A stretch of DNA of 57,250 nucleotides, filler included, from Platydemus manokwari (GCA_037951405.1; 5 parts of 5 records of this genome joined end to end with filler, not necessarily neighbours in it); one strand, 5' to 3'; counted from the whole stretch's first letter, positions 13,101 through 28,013 are shown. Made by a program: numbers and translations. The notes: generated from the letters alone by a model not told the origin.

Positions 13101-16100
13101 TGGTTTGGTAATACTAGCTAACTTTAAAGGACAATTAAAACGACAGAATCATATTTTATTATTATTGCAAAGGCTGTTTCGTCAAGTGTTTATGTTTTCC
13201 ATGATTATGGGAACTAGAATATTTTACAATTATAAAGTATTATTAATATTTGATTATAATTATAATATGTAATCCCATATATTTATCTGGTTTACATTTT
13301 TTCACAAGATAATATCGTTTTGAAACTACTGCTTTCGTGTTAATGAATATCCGCTAAAAATTCCTGATAATTACATAATAGAAACCTGTTGGACTCCAGT
13401 TTTCGCCCAAAATATACATATGGCGATTGTATATATAATTTTCTTTTGAATTTAGGACACAATTTTTCATAACAATACTGTTTTTTAAAATTCTCTGTGC
13501 TGTATAGATTCTCTCCAGACTATTGTGCCTATCCTTATATGTTAGAAAAAAGGATTTGAATTTTATCTAATTATACCATTGGCTTCAACGTAGCTTTGTT
13601 TTTCTTTAAAATTTTATTACACGTTCGTACCATAACATCTCAAATCTATTTTCTTCATTAACCCAAACAATATCTCAGGTCGAATGTTCAATAATTTTAT
13701 TCATGTTTTTTCGATTCCATTGGTTCATTCTGAACCATTTCAAATGAATATAAAAGATTTTATCATTTTGTTTTATTTTTCCTTTTTACACTTGTCGTGG
13801 TAGAATACCGTTATCGAAAAATATTGATAATGAAATTCCTTTTCAATTTCAAATTGATTTTTTTGACAGATATGGTCACAGTAAAAAACTACCGAAAATA
13901 GTTTCCAATAAAACTTAAGATTTGATCTACTAATCGATTCATAAGATCTGATAAGAATATCTTAAAACCAGTGTTGTTGAAGTGTGTTTGATATAAGAAA
14001 ATTATTATTTCCAATGATTGATTTTCGTTTGGTTCTTTTCTCGATCATCATCGATTTGAAAACCGAAATGTGTTCTTATATTGAAACAATCTTCAATGAT
14101 CTGTTAAATCAATTTTTTTTGGGATAAAATAGCAACATGTCAACACATTCGACATTAGAATTTATCGATAGATGTGTGTGTGCCTGTTATTTTTATTTCT
14201 TTTTTGACGAATTGATTTGAAAGCTATTTCTCATAAGGAGAAATGTTTGGTGAGAAAATGGAAAAACAATCATCGTTGTCATTGAAAATAATTACCAATC
14301 ATCAGTAAATTGGCGATAAATTATTCAAATATTATTTTAAAAGTGGATTTTATGTAATTTTTTCTTTTAATCAATCGATTTGAATTTGGGTATTGAAAGT
14401 TGTATTATTGGAAATGAAATTTTTTGTTTCATAAAACATTATTGAAACAAAAATTGAAACAAAATTCTCATTAAATAATAAATCAATAAATTACTTCACT
14501 TTTCTATTGATGTGGAACTTAATCATGAAAAGAGAACCATAAGCGGTTTTTGTTCATTTTCTTATTCAGGCAAGGCCGTTGCTCATCATATTTGGATCGA
14601 TTTTCATAAAAAATGATCCAAGAAAATGATTGATTTTATCACTGAAATCTCTGAAAGAACAAGTTCTGGATATAAGAAATAAGAGATGAAGATTTGACAC
14701 GACTTCTTCAAAACATCGATAATTATATTTTCTATTATTAAGAACATCAGTTTCTTTTTTTCATCTTCATTCCGTGCGATTTATTTTTACAAAAAATAAC
14801 TTTTACAACGTTTTTTAAAGACATATGTTATATTACACTCATAGATACTCAAAATGTCGTCCGTGTTCTTCACAATAAACTTTGAGTGTCACGTGGGATC
14901 ATGAATGAAGTGCCTGCTACCTCATTTCTAGTTTTGATTTGTTTTAGATTCCATTTGATACCCAGATCATGGAAAATAACCTTGGAAAAGTTATTCTTTG
15001 TAGAAATAAATGACAGTTCAACAAATTTTCCGCTTTTCTGGTGACCACCCTGTATAATTTGCCATTCTTATTGTCAAGATTTGTTTCAGCAACGTGGTTT
15101 TACATATTGACAAATTTTTATTTGAGAAAAACCAGAATGAGAGTAGAGTTTTATCATATTTTGTCTTCACGAAAACAACACGATCTTGTAATAAATTAGA
15201 AAATAATTGGAGACCATGTTTCTCGCCACATAGATTTACCTCGTTAATTATTGCCTATTTGAACTTTTATCCAGAAATAAATTCTGACCATTTGTAATGA
15301 GTATTTTTGAATTGGTTTGATTTTCTGAAATTGATTGTGATATATAATTGATTTGGTCCATCATTCTTTACGATTTATTCAATCAAAACTATTCTATAAT
15401 AAAATCAATCATAATTATAATCAATTGATCGATTTTTGAAAGTTCAAAAGTAAAATAAAGATAATTTCTACAACGAACATTTTCATAACTCATTCAATGA
15501 ACATGTTCTACTCAAAACTATCCCAATATCAATTTTATTTAAAATAAAAGACAGATTGATTTTTTGATACCATTTCGTTTATATTGTACAATTTTGATTG
15601 AAATCCAATTCATGTTACTTTGATGGTTGAAATAATCTTAAAACCTTCAATGATATTTGGAGATGGAATGAGTTGATTAATGCGACTAGGCGAACCAATT
15701 GCTTTTCTTATTCCAAAGATCCCAAAGAGAAATGAAGGAAACTTGGTTAATTTAATATTATAGTTGAGAATGTTCCCAAATAATGATGTCACTGTTCATT
15801 TAGGGATTTTTTCGGGGAAAGGGTTTCGGTTAATCTTTGGATTTTGATTGGAAATTTCGTGTGAAAGTGGTTCATTTCGTAGAAGTGGTGTATAATTGCT
15901 AAGTTATGAAAGTTTCACTAGACAAAACTCTTTTTGTATGAAGATATCCGTCAATAACATGATCTTGATCTCTAAAAATCATCTAGGCCAATTTTAAGGT
16001 CAAACGTTTAAGATTCACAACTCCTTTAATATTGACACATTCTTTTATCTTTTTTTTAAAAAATTAATTTTATAATGAATTTACGTGTTGAAATGTTTAG

Positions 16101-16101
16101 T

Positions 16102-19100
16102 ATGAATCCTGGTGGTTATGAGTCGGAAATGTCTCAGAAAGATCCCTACGGTGTGAAGCTTCAACGATCCAATACATCCAATGTTAGATCTGTCACTAAT
16201 ACATTCAAACAGATGGGATTAGCGGAACCAATGGACAAATTAGTCGAGTATGTTTTATCTAATTCAATTTCTGCATGCCTGGTTTGTACATTTTGATATA
16301 AATATTCATTGTTTATTTTGAGTATTGTTTGATATTTTAAGCAATAAACAGCAATATTTGATTACTTATAGAGAACCAGATAATTCCAATGACAATGAAA
16401 TATCTCGCGAATCAACACACTTCCATCGTGCCACGAAAGGGTACCAGTCCTTGAGGTACAACTGTTGTTTAATAGACTTTGGTGTGGCCACCTTATTTTT
16501 AGCGTGCTGATTCACTTTACGTACTTAATATTTGCTGCTACTAATCATATAGACTTTGAATAGTTGCTATAACATTGTGTTCATTTGTGTGTTATGCTTG
16601 CTATTGATTTTTTTTATGTTTATTTTCTAATTTATTTTTTTATTAAAAGAAAAATTGACCAACAAATTAATGTGAAAATTTATAATTTCAGACTTCCTGA
16701 CATGATTCCATCGTATCAGGCTTTCACTGGTTCCCCTTGTTATAACAATCCCCAATATCCGAAAAAAGAAGATCCAATTCAAGTAACGGGACCAATATCA
16801 AACCGAGAACAGTCACCGTTTTCCAGAAATACACCAGAACGGGCGACCATTCAGCATGTTCCCCAAAACAAGCGAGAACGAATACAGTTGGAAAAGCAGG
16901 TTCTGAGTGGTGTGGGCGGTCCTAGTGGGCCCAGCAACTTGCCAATTGCACTGGGTGGGTCAATCAGTCATCCTCAACCTCCTAAAAAAGATAAATCACT
17001 CAGCCATTCAAAGAAATCATCAGATGAATGTCTGAATGAACAACACAGTAATACTGCTACGAAACCGAAAAAGAAAAGTGTCAATTCTTTCTTTAAATCC
17101 CTCACCACTAAAATCTCAAAAAAGTTGGTATTTACACTCTAACTACACGTTAATTTTTAATTATTATAAACTGAACGTTTCATACTAGAGCTTTAATAGT
17201 ATGTTTGTTTTAATTATTTATTTTTCGTTTTCAAGCTCATATCTACAAATGCATTCTCGGCTTACTTATTCGTCTATTGACCATTTCATCATCAGCTGGT
17301 TCAAAAATAAATTATTTAATTGTCATAATGACTCTCTTCTTAATTTTCTGTCCACTATATTACTCAACCATCTCCCTTGACGATTTTCTATAATTATCAT
17401 TGTCTGTGAAACATTAACTTGCGTTTGGACTTTATTCACACCTGTGGTAAAATATAATATTAGAGTACTTTTCTCAAAATCAAATCAACTTTGACTTTCC
17501 TATTTTCATATTAATGCAAAGCTCACTAATATAATTGAACGCATGTATCACATTTAATTAAATTAAAATCCTTTAATGGGAGTGCCATTGAATAATCAAT
17601 AGCATGGCACTTTCCTCGTAAAATATTAATTTTTTCGTATCTTTCGTATCTCATCGTTTCATGACAGTGTGATATAGAACGCTGTTCTCGTGATTCTAAT
17701 ATTCTTTTCAATTATTTATGTTAAAACCTACAAGTTTTGTTCAGTATTTTTATTGATTAATCTTTTACAGACAGACCTCTCAAGTAGATGATGTTGATAT
17801 CAGGTTAGGAGTTCATGTCATACATTGAAAGATATTTAGTAACGATGTGTGTGCGTGTGTGTGTCAATTGTGATTTTAAAGCATGTTTTGCGTGTTTTGT
17901 AGTGTTTATTGTGATGCATGCCAAACTTATCAATTCATTTTCAGTTGGATTATATCACTGTTGATAGAAAAATTAAATTTAAAATTTAAAAGTTCTGACA
18001 ATAATGAATTCAGTCGATCTTGGTCAAGATCACATGGTTCGTTGGAATAAAAATTTAATTGAAAATATTTACAATCAAAGAGAAATTTTTAATTCATCTA
18101 TAAATAAAATTAGATTTTCTAACAAATTATGAGTAGTCATCGCTAATCTATATTTGGTTTGGTTTCTCGTAAATTGAGATAAAATTTTATTTTTCCCCCA
18201 ACAATCCATATCAATGAATTTAACCACATTTGCTCAAGTTATTATTATTAATGTGGTATTAAGAAAATTTAATTAAATTTTAAAAGGTGTTTACTAATAT
18301 TAAAATTAATATTTTATTAATAAGATAACTTTTGGTAGACCAAGGATACAAAATTTCTCCTGCCAGAATCCTTGAACCTTTCCAAATGTGTCTCAGTTGG
18401 TATTTGAGATTATTTCTATGCATTTCTCTTTTGATGATGTTCTACATTCGATCATAGCATAGCAAATAGGGAATGATTTTTCGATAATTTTCTTTATTAA
18501 CTAAGATCAGTTGCATTATTTTTTCCAATTCGATAATTTCATTGTTATGATGAGTTGTTAAAACAATTATTTTTGAAGCACAAATTCTGCTTTTTCAGAA
18601 AGTATTTTCTTTATTTTGCAGGATTTTAATTTTTAGATTTCTCCGAGTTTTCTTGCTAAATTTGAATGATCCTTGCACCTTTTTTTTAAATAAAAATAAA
18701 GGTTAATATATCAAAAACTATAATCTAAGATTCTTTTGAAATTTTATGGATTTCTGTTTGATTAATTTTTGATATTTGGTCTGAATTTCCCTTTACTAGA
18801 AGTTAATATCTCTTGTTTATAATTATTAAGTTTGTAATTATATTCGATTTCATCCTAACTTTATTTCACAGTTTCATTCGTTGATGGACAGTGTGGGTGT
18901 AACCGTCTTGAAAAATTTCAAATATAGCGATATATGGTGGTTACATGAGCTGTTTCCTTAAATCGGTCTAGTGACTATTCATCTACAATGGGAGATTCCG
19001 ATCACTTAATCCTTTTTTATATATTTCAACATATTATTAATGTTTACAGTTCATAAATAAGCAAAAATTAATTATTTTATTGTTTAAATCAGTGTTTCCG

Positions 19101-22100
19101 TGGGTATGAAACCCTTTCCATACACCATCTATCTCGATTAACGCTATGTCACCCATCTTATTTTTAAATTTTTTTTGAACGATGCTCGAAAATATGTTGA
19201 GAAATATTGAAATTTCTAACTTGTACTGTTTTTCTTTTGAAGTGCCAATGTATTTCGGCACAAAGTCGGAAATTTCGAACTAGTTTTTGACAGGCACATC
19301 TGTATTGCGTCTTCAAATGATAATAATCGTTCTCGCTACCTATTATTGATATTGACTATAATAAACTGTTGAAACTGGGATCACTGTTTTGTTCTTTTGT
19401 TTTACTAGAAGTGAGTTGAATGCAAGTGGTACACAGTGTCTTTAGAATATCCTTGGTGAGCCTTAGTTGAAAACCACTGGTTTAAATTATTGAAAAAATC
19501 ATGTATTGAATTTATTATAATTTATAATAATGAGAGTTATTTTATTAAATTTTTAAAATCCGATACCAATTACTAAAAAGTAGTTTTTAAATTGCAACAA
19601 TCTCTTGATTGTAAAAGATTTTAAACAATTATATGGGATTGTTGCAAAGTTGAATAGAAGAATGAAGAGATATTGTGTAATTGATGCTTGCTTTCTCCAA
19701 TTGGCCAACATAAAAAATAAGAAAATATTTCCAAGTAGCGCTGCAATTTTATTTCAAATTTCACCCCTTTAAAGTGCTTATAAAGTTAAAACATTTGAAT
19801 ATAATTTTTATAATTGACAACGCAATGGAACTAAGCGATATCGACATAACTATTATTTAATATATTATCATTTGATTAATTTATTATTATTAATTTATTA
19901 TTATTAATTTATTTCTACTATTTTGATTTGATATCTTCAAAATTAAATTTTTTATTCTCCAATAAAACCAAATCTTCCAGAAATTGTTATTGTCAGACAT
20001 CCGATTGGATAAATTTTGAATGTGTATTATATTTCATTTATTTGTTTGAATTAATTGTGTTATGAAAATCATGATTCGAAATATAATGTTTTTATAAAAT
20101 TAATTATTGTTTTTAATTTTATTTGATTTTTACCTATCACAAATTGTGTATTGTTTACCAATGTTTTGTTCAACGATTATAATATGAGAACCGGCATATT
20201 TTATGTCTTCTCTAGTGGTTCCAAAAGTCTGAACATTCCTTCACTGCAATATGGGATTCATTTAGTCCAAATGTGATGCAGTCCAACAATTTTCATAAAA
20301 TTGTAAATAATCAATAAAATCTTCTAAATAATCATAAGAATTAAATCGATGCAAGCTGTCAGAAAACATGGTTTCAAATACAGGATGGGCCAGAAGTTAG
20401 GGGGCATTGACACATAGATTATTTCATCACTCATCTAGCTTGTATATATATGCTGTTTTTATTAAATTTTTGCTTGTTTATATCTACGCTCGCAATTTGA
20501 AATGATAAATAGACAAAAAAACTCACTGATTTAATTAAGACTGAAAAGTCTTCGTCATCAAAACTTTTTATAAAACTTTGAATGAATCAGAAACGTGTCG
20601 TTTATTTGAACGGGAATTTCAAAGGAATATCAAGCGTGATACTGTTTCCAAGATTATTAAGCGGTTAATGTAGATTAAAGTAGTTTTTAACAAATTTACG
20701 GACTTTATAAGTTACTCGACACATTTTTTTTAAACTATCATTGTACAAAAATCAAATACAACATATCTATGGGGAACTATAGTTGTCACATTTCAAAATT
20801 TCGAATGGCGCGTATTTGGCGCGTTGTTCATCAACAGATTAATTAATTGTTCGTTAATAGTTGTTTCGTTTTTCATTTGCTAATGACAGAATCAGGTATT
20901 GAAAGAATTATTGAATAGATGTTTAACTCAATAGGATTATTGATTTTGATAAGTGAATATTGGCCTGAAATTTTATTGAGACTTCGATAAGTGTTTGATA
21001 ATCAATTTTTGAAGTTTTATTTTTGTTTTATGAGTTTCTTTAAAATTAAAATGAGTCGTTTCTTACAGAAAATTTTTGCAACTTGAACAAAATGAAAATT
21101 TAGTTCAACGTTTAATTTGTTCCAATTTTGTTCCTCATAATTTCTGACATATTTGTCGTAGCATTAACAATTTACTCTTCATTGTTTTTTGCCATGAGTT
21201 TAATCATTTTTCATTTATAATTCTTGTTCATTTGGTCTTCATATTTTGTTTCAGATTTAACCGTATAGTTCAAAAATCGCCAAAACTTAGTTGCTTTAAC
21301 ATTCATTGATTATGCTTCCTTATGCTGAGATTCTATTCATTGATTCGTTTATATTTTAATTGATAAGAAATTGTTATTTTATTATTATTATGATTATTAT
21401 TATTATTATCATGATATTTGAAAGCGTTGTAATTTTCATTTTTAAATAAATTATCGATATGGAATATTTATTATCTAATTGTTTTTTTGTAATTTTTTGT
21501 TTACTGTTGGTTAACGAATCCATTTATGGCAGACCCAATTTATGGATGAGGCATGCAACTACTCATGAGTAAGTAAAGTAATTTATGTTTCAGTTTTGTG
21601 ATTGTTTTTGAGCATGATTCACATTTTATTTTTACATTAAACCAGTATTCTGAGCACGGGAATGGGTTTGCTTTGTTACTTGGGTTATTTTTATATTAAT
21701 TTCCTTTTAAAATAGAATTTTTTCTTGTAATTTTTCCTCTGATTGTTTAAATTTTCCTCATATATGATTGTATGTTATTTCATAGAAAACTATCCAACCC
21801 ATCTCCAAGTATAAATCGTTCCCCGTCTAATCAAGATTCAGCATCCATGGGTCAAAGATCAATGCAAAGACCACACAATAATCAGAATCGTTATATCGAT
21901 ACAAAAGAAAAATGGTCCAATTTCACTACTGAACCTTCTCCATCTCCTTCCCCTTATTTTCCAGATCGTTCAGGGCGTTTCGGACAGTCGAATAAAGCTA
22001 CCAATTTTGATATGGAAAATCTTATCAGTAGCTGTGCTACCAGTCTTACAAGCAGTGGATCGTCACTGGCAAATCACAGTAGTAAAGTACAAACTAAGCC

Positions 22101-22993
22101 AAGAAATTTTCGCTTTTCTTTCCGCACTGAAGTTACGAGTAAAAAGAGTCCAGAAGAACTCATGGCAGAAATAAAAAGAGTGTTAGTTGCATTCCATATT
22201 GACTATGAACAGAGATCCAATTTTGTATTGTTCTGTACGTACGGTGAGAGTAGTGGAGAAGCAGTAATTCAGTGGGAGATTGAGGTAAGTTATTTGATAA
22301 GATTTTTATGAATATTTTTATGTTTTACGATAATATATGTTTGTTTATATTTGAAATTTTAACTGACATCGCGGTAATTTTGTTTATAATTTAATATATT
22401 ATCAGAGATGTATCGATAGTGAATCGATAAGTCATTGCAGTATTTGTCTAGAGTGAACATGTAAGTGAATTATAAAACGTAAGTTATTTTGAAGTTGAGC
22501 GAAATAGCCATGAGTTCGAATCCATCAATGTACGAATTATCAAATTTCGATTTCGTACCCCTATATAATAGTGACAAGTCGAAAAACGAACGAAACCGGT
22601 CCATCAGTCACAAGACTTATAAATTTATGTTGATTATAACTTTTCAATTTTGGTTTGATATCTTGCGTTAGTTATAAAATAGACTTGGTAAAAACATAAA
22701 TTAAAATATTAATTTATTATAGTAAAACATTGAAAATTAAATNNNNNNNNNNNNNNNNNNNNNNNNNNNNNNNNNNNNNNNNNNNNNNNNNNNNNNNNNN
22801 NNNNNNNNNNNNNNNNNNNNNNNNNNNNNNNNNNNNNNNNNNNNNNNNNNNNNNNNNNNNNNNNNNNNNNNNNNNNNNGGTTGTGAGGCTCAATTCAAAA
22901 TCTCTTAATGGGATACGCTTCAAAAGGCTATTCGGCCCTCAGATAAAATTCAAGGAGATTTCTAAACGGATCATGGAACGATTACAATTGTGA
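16102..22993 (+). CDS. KA1-domain protein related to the MARK/PAR-1 C-terminal half, about 447 aa. Proposed exons: 16102-16247, 16372-16455, 16692-17123, 17771-17803, 21533-21568, 21786-22284, 22880-22993
   Basis: GT-AG junctions keep the frame (total 1344 nt; the last acceptor is mostly hidden by a gap). SVNSFFKSLTTKISKK resembles the MARK basic amphipathic motif. KPRNFRFSFRTEVTSKKSPEELMAEIKRVL...IQWEIE|VVRLNSKSLNGIRFKRLFGPQIKFKEISKRIMERLQL* is a typical terminal KA1 domain. Confidence 0.85.
19230..19478 (-). mobile_element. hAT (Buster/Charlie-like) transposon remnant in an intron
   Basis: TIR-like GTTGAAAACCACTG at about 19465-19478. The minus strand reads ...RERLLSFEDAIQMCLSKT, similar to the hAT C-terminal dimerisation region. 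Confidence 0.45.
20381..20670 (+). mobile_element. Tc1/mariner 5' fragment (TIR plus N-terminal HTH)
   Basis: TA|CAGGATGGGCCAGAAG TIR-like end. Downstream it reads KVFVIKTFYKTLNESETCRLFEREFQRNIKRDTVSKIIKR, like the N-terminal HTH of mariner-type transposases. Confidence 0.65.
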
Positions 22994-25323
22994 TTTGAAT
23001 GGATGATTTAGTTCACAAAACTGAACATCTAGCATGATCTGTGGTTACCGATTTCAAAAATTTTCAATTACTCGCCTTAGTAAACCTCTTTCCGTTTTGT
23101 ATATCACATTCTATTCTATTTTCTCACTCATGATTTCTGTTGAATATTAACCGTGTACAGATTTCCACGGATTATTCGGGACCTTGCTTTCGATGAAAAT
23201 CGCAGCAATACTTATATAGAAAAAGAGAGAGAATATCTTAGCATTTCTTGTCGACATTTAAATATATATACATACATATATATATTGGTAATGATATATA
23301 CCCGATATATCCGGTTTTCAAATTATCGATTCAATATCAATAATATCAATATTCCTAATGATATATAATGATGTATTGAATGATCTATATATAAATATAA
23401 ATATTTATGGACAATAATTGATCTTGTGTAGCTTGTAAATTTATTATATATCACATCATGCTTTCACATTTTAACATGTATACGCGATTGGGAGCAATTA
23501 TACGATTTCGTTTTTTGATGCAATTTTATACGGTTTATGAAATTGAGTGAAATGTATTTTTTTTTCAAAACTTATCTGACTCTTTCAATATCTCATAATC
23601 TTTAATATGATTTCCAATCGATAATATTTATATATACATATATTTATTGTCAATCTTTGGATTTTATTATTATTGGATTTTAAAATTCATGAAATACTTT
23701 GAAAATTGTAATTTTATTTTGCATGAAATAGGAATGAATTTGTACAGTTTTTTTAATTTTATTTTTCTTGTGTATTGAACTTTATTTTTCCGCCACCAGT
23801 TTAAAGAACTTTGGCTTTGATGATGATGTTGATGATGATGATAATCAATTTAGTTCGAAATATTTTATAAATTGGTGATAGAATAAATGAATCTTTGGCA
23901 TAATGTCTTACATGCTTTATTATTTCGATTTTAATTTCGATTTGGATCATGAAATTTAAATTCATAAATAAATAATGCCACTTATTTTTGTTAGGTTGGA
24001 TTTTATTTGTTCTATAATGTGATTCGTAATGGTTAATCGAGTTGTGGATTTTTGAAAGGTTTTTGAAATTAATTTATATGATGTGTGATTTTATATAATG
24101 TGATTTATTTATGTTATTACTTCCTTATACGTTAGTTAAGAGCAAGAAATGGTTAAAAGTTTCACAATAATAGATCAGTTGTAGTTAAACTGATCAAATA
24201 TTTAGGTTTAATCTCAATTTGTTTTTATCAATCAACTATCTCGCTTATATAAATATCGAGTTTAATATGAATTACTATATTAGAGAATAAAGTGTAGGTT
24301 GAAATCTCAATATCCATAACAAATTCCATTAAGTTTGATGAATATAAATAAATTTAGGAATGATTAAGTAGTTAAAATCAAGAAAAGGAATTTTAAAGTT
24401 AAATTTTCAAAAATTCGAGCTCATTATAAAGTATTATTTATAGTAATTAATTTTAAATTGTTTTTTTGTTAATATTAAAAGTTAATAATAACACAACTTT
24501 AATTTGAAAGATTCTAAGATTTATGACTTTTTGGGTATTTTCAAAATCTGTTCATCAAGACTTGTAATAAATAATTTAGTTTGTTATCAATTCGTTTTAA
24601 GTTCCTAAAAAATGTTAAAATTTTAAGAAAAAAATTTAAAAAGCGGTTAGATTTTGTTTGCTGTACAAAAGATGTTATGTTATTCACAAAAATCTCATTA
24701 TAACTTAACAGTTCTAGCTTGACTGGGTCATTGATGAACATGGAGGGATCTAACAACCATTGGTACCATAAAATCCTTATTTTCCCTAGTTATACGAATA
24801 CATTCTTATGTAACTGCACAAGCACATATGCCAACCAATTAGAATTGTGAAACTTCAATTGGACGAAATTCATACTCACACGATGACACAGGCAAGAAAA
24901 TAGAGCAATCCCAATTCATGAAAATTAAAATGCCTGAAATCGGAATTTTCAAATGAGACCCGATTGTATAGGACACATTCAGAACTTTGATTATAAATTT
25001 TACAAACCCAGTTTGATGTTGACGATCACATCGATTTACTTACTTAATTTTGTAAGAAATAGGTTGGACTGAAGGCATAACATATAATTGATTGTGGGTG
25101 TTAATAACTAAAATATAAATTTCTGATTTTTCAAAATTATTTATTACCATTACCATGACAATGGGATAATAATCATATTAATTTATAAATTAATGAAAAA
25201 AGCATCATTAAATACACAAATCAGAGAATAAATAAACAAGCACCAACTTTATTATTTTGCACGATAATTTCATTCGTATAATAAATTTAGTTGTATAATT
25301 GTCTCATAACAATTTGTCTATTC

Positions 25324-25892
25324 CAGCGGTTCTCAACCTTTTTTCCATGGCGACCCACTTTAAGATTTTAGCGACCCCAAAGAAAATCAATATTACTAAA
25401 AATAAATCGTAACTCACCATATTTAATAAATCCAATTTATAACAAGTTATTGTGAATGTTGATACTGCTTCCCTTTCACAAGCTTATCAATTTGAAGAAG
25501 TGTTGTGGATCATGCACATCGGAAATCAACTTGCTGATCGTTGAAGTCATTCAATAGGTTTTTTGAAATGATATTTTGTTATAAGTGAAATGATATATAG
25601 TATATATTATGTAGAATGAAATGATGTTTAGTTATCATTTGATTTACATTTCATTCTTTTGAAACATTTACCTATAATAATAAGATTATCAGATAATAAC
25701 ATTACCTGTAAAATACTTAACTGTAGTAGTTAAGGTAATTAAGAACAGAAGTAGTTTAATCACCATTTCAAATTATTTATTTAACAACATCATAAAACAT
25801 GATTTTTCACATGTAATGGTTTGTACACCAATCATAATTCGGTGATCCCTTTAAAAATGCTTGCCAACTCCATGTGAGGTTGAGAACTATTA
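25324..25892 (-). mobile_element. Internally deleted hAT (Buster/Charlie-like) element with 8-bp TSD
   Basis: Left TIR CAGCGGTTCTCAACC, right TIR GGTTGAGAACTATTA. Identical GTCTATTC at 25316-25323 and 25893-25900. Internal minus-strand QQVDFRCA*STTLLQIDKLVKGKQYQHSQ* resembles the Buster transposase C-terminus. Confidence 0.9.
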
Positions 25893-27841
25893 GTCTATTC
25901 GTATCATATTAGTGGATATTTTCATTCAAAAAATTATTCAATTTGTTGTTTCAATATTTTCAAAATCGCAAATTTATTCGATTTCATATTTTTTCAAATT
26001 ATATCAGTTTTCTAAAGGAGATTCGTTGTAATTCATTAAGCAAATACTCTGATAAGTTCAATTTTTTGGAGCATTAAATCATCTTCTTCAGTTCTCATAT
26101 CGAAGTAGAGAACCATATATCGTTAGCATCTTCAGGGCACTACACTTACTTGCTTTCAAATTTATTACGCTACACATTTGATAATTATATAATCAAACAT
26201 ATTATTATATTGTTCATTATTTCAAATTGTTCGAATTATTAACACTTGACCCACTAATCTATTAGTTATTAGATCTATTGTAGAATTATTAATTATCTGT
26301 TACTTACTTTTAAATTGATTGTCATAAATTATTGATTTAAGTCAAAAAAAATCATCTCATCATTCCACCAAACTGTATTGGGTAAATCTTCTATTAGTTA
26401 TAGGTAAATTTAAGATGTTCCATCCTTTGAATTTAGCTTTATTTTTATAAGCTTTTAATTAATTACACATAATTTTATATTAAACTCGGTTAAAATCACT
26501 ATTGTCTCGGAAAATGTGAGGTAACATTAATCGAACTCTATCGGTTAAATTCTAAAAAAATATAAATATGTAAACTAAACACATATTCGCATTTAAAAAC
26601 ATGTATATTGAGGACACCGGGTGTACACCCCCATATTCCATCATCTCGATTCAGTCCTCGCACAAATAACCAAATATATGTTTCTTAATTATCAAAAAAA
26701 TCAATAACTATACTCACGCAACACATCTATCTATTGCTTTTCAATTATGTCTACAATCACAAAATCAAGCTCACTCCAATAACCACATTATCAAACCAAT
26801 AACTTCAGCTTGATCTAAAAAGCAGGACAAACCTTCTATGTCAACCAGTACTCATCGATCAGTCCATCCAATGTGCATAAATGTCCAATTAATAATTGAC
26901 TTGTGATGTTAACAAATTAAAGTACGATAAAGAATAGAAATGACATTCAATAACTATGTGCGTAAGCTTTGGTATTTATTTTAATGATCTTGACATTTTG
27001 TGAAAAATTATTATTCTTTAATAATTTAATGGAATGTTTTGACTTGAATAGGAGCACAATAAATATAAAAATCAAAAAGAAAAATGAATTAGAGGGCAAT
27101 TAAATAGAGAAGAAATTAACTGTAATAAAAAATCCATTATACAAGCAGTAACTTAAAATTCATATTGCTGAACCTAGTTTCAGCTAAGTTGCGTACAATA
27201 ATACAAATACTTACATCAATGAAAACAAATAAATCTGAAGCACAAGGTGCACACAAAATATCGATTAAACATGGTCGGTGAGTGATACAAGAGCAATGGA
27301 ATATAACGGGAGTTGCTGGTCGCGATAGACTGGTCGATCTTAAAGCCAATTTTAGTGGGTCACGTGAGATGTTATTCAAATGAAAAGTCGATCTTACGTA
27401 CACAAAAGTTAGGCACCTCTGGAATATAATATAACATATAAGTACAAGATATTGATAAAGAATTTTCTCAGTAAAAATTATTAAAAGTAAAATAATTTAG
27501 TTAAAAGAAATTTCAAATTAACCTCAGAAGAATAAATAGAAACATTTAAAATAATTAAAATAGCTAACTGAAACCAAAATTTGTCTAAATAAAATAGCTA
27601 AATGAATAAAACTAAAATAATTGTAAAAATTAATTTAAAACAAATATTTTAACTTACTGCAATAAACTGATCTTGTTTTTCGGTTGTTTAATCTAACTCA
27701 GAGAAATAAAAGAAATTTTCTATGACATAAAAATTAACTTAAATGTGTTTTTAATAACGAGGTGATTAGTAAAATTATTTCATTCGAGATTAGAAACAAT
27801 TAAAATAACAGTAGTTTGTTGCTAAATTTAGTAACTAAGGA

Positions 27842-27941
27842 NNNNNNNNNNNNNNNNNNNNNNNNNNNNNNNNNNNNNNNNNNNNTTAATTAATTAANNN
27901 NNNNNNNNNNNNNNNNNNNNNNNNNNNNNNNNNNNNNNNNN
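27842..27941. other. Scaffolding gap with TTAATTAATTAA linker
   Basis: 44 N + 12-mer + 44 N. Confidence 0.95.
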
Positions 27942-28011
27942 GATTTTATCTCTGAAATTTTTTTGTCACGTGAGATCTTGAGAAACGTGTATCTACATCA
28001 TAAAAAGAATC

Positions 28012-28013
<2 letters not shown>

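Noticed and set aside
22717-22923. ORFs running through N gaps (also 35852-36209)
   Set aside because: Artefacts of untranslatable Ns. Only 22880-22993 on the plus strand is a real exon.
27137-27420. Possible terminal MAP3K exon(s) (RCLTF...)
   Set aside because: Plausible acceptor, but I could not build a convincing subdomain XI frame without the missing upstream exons.
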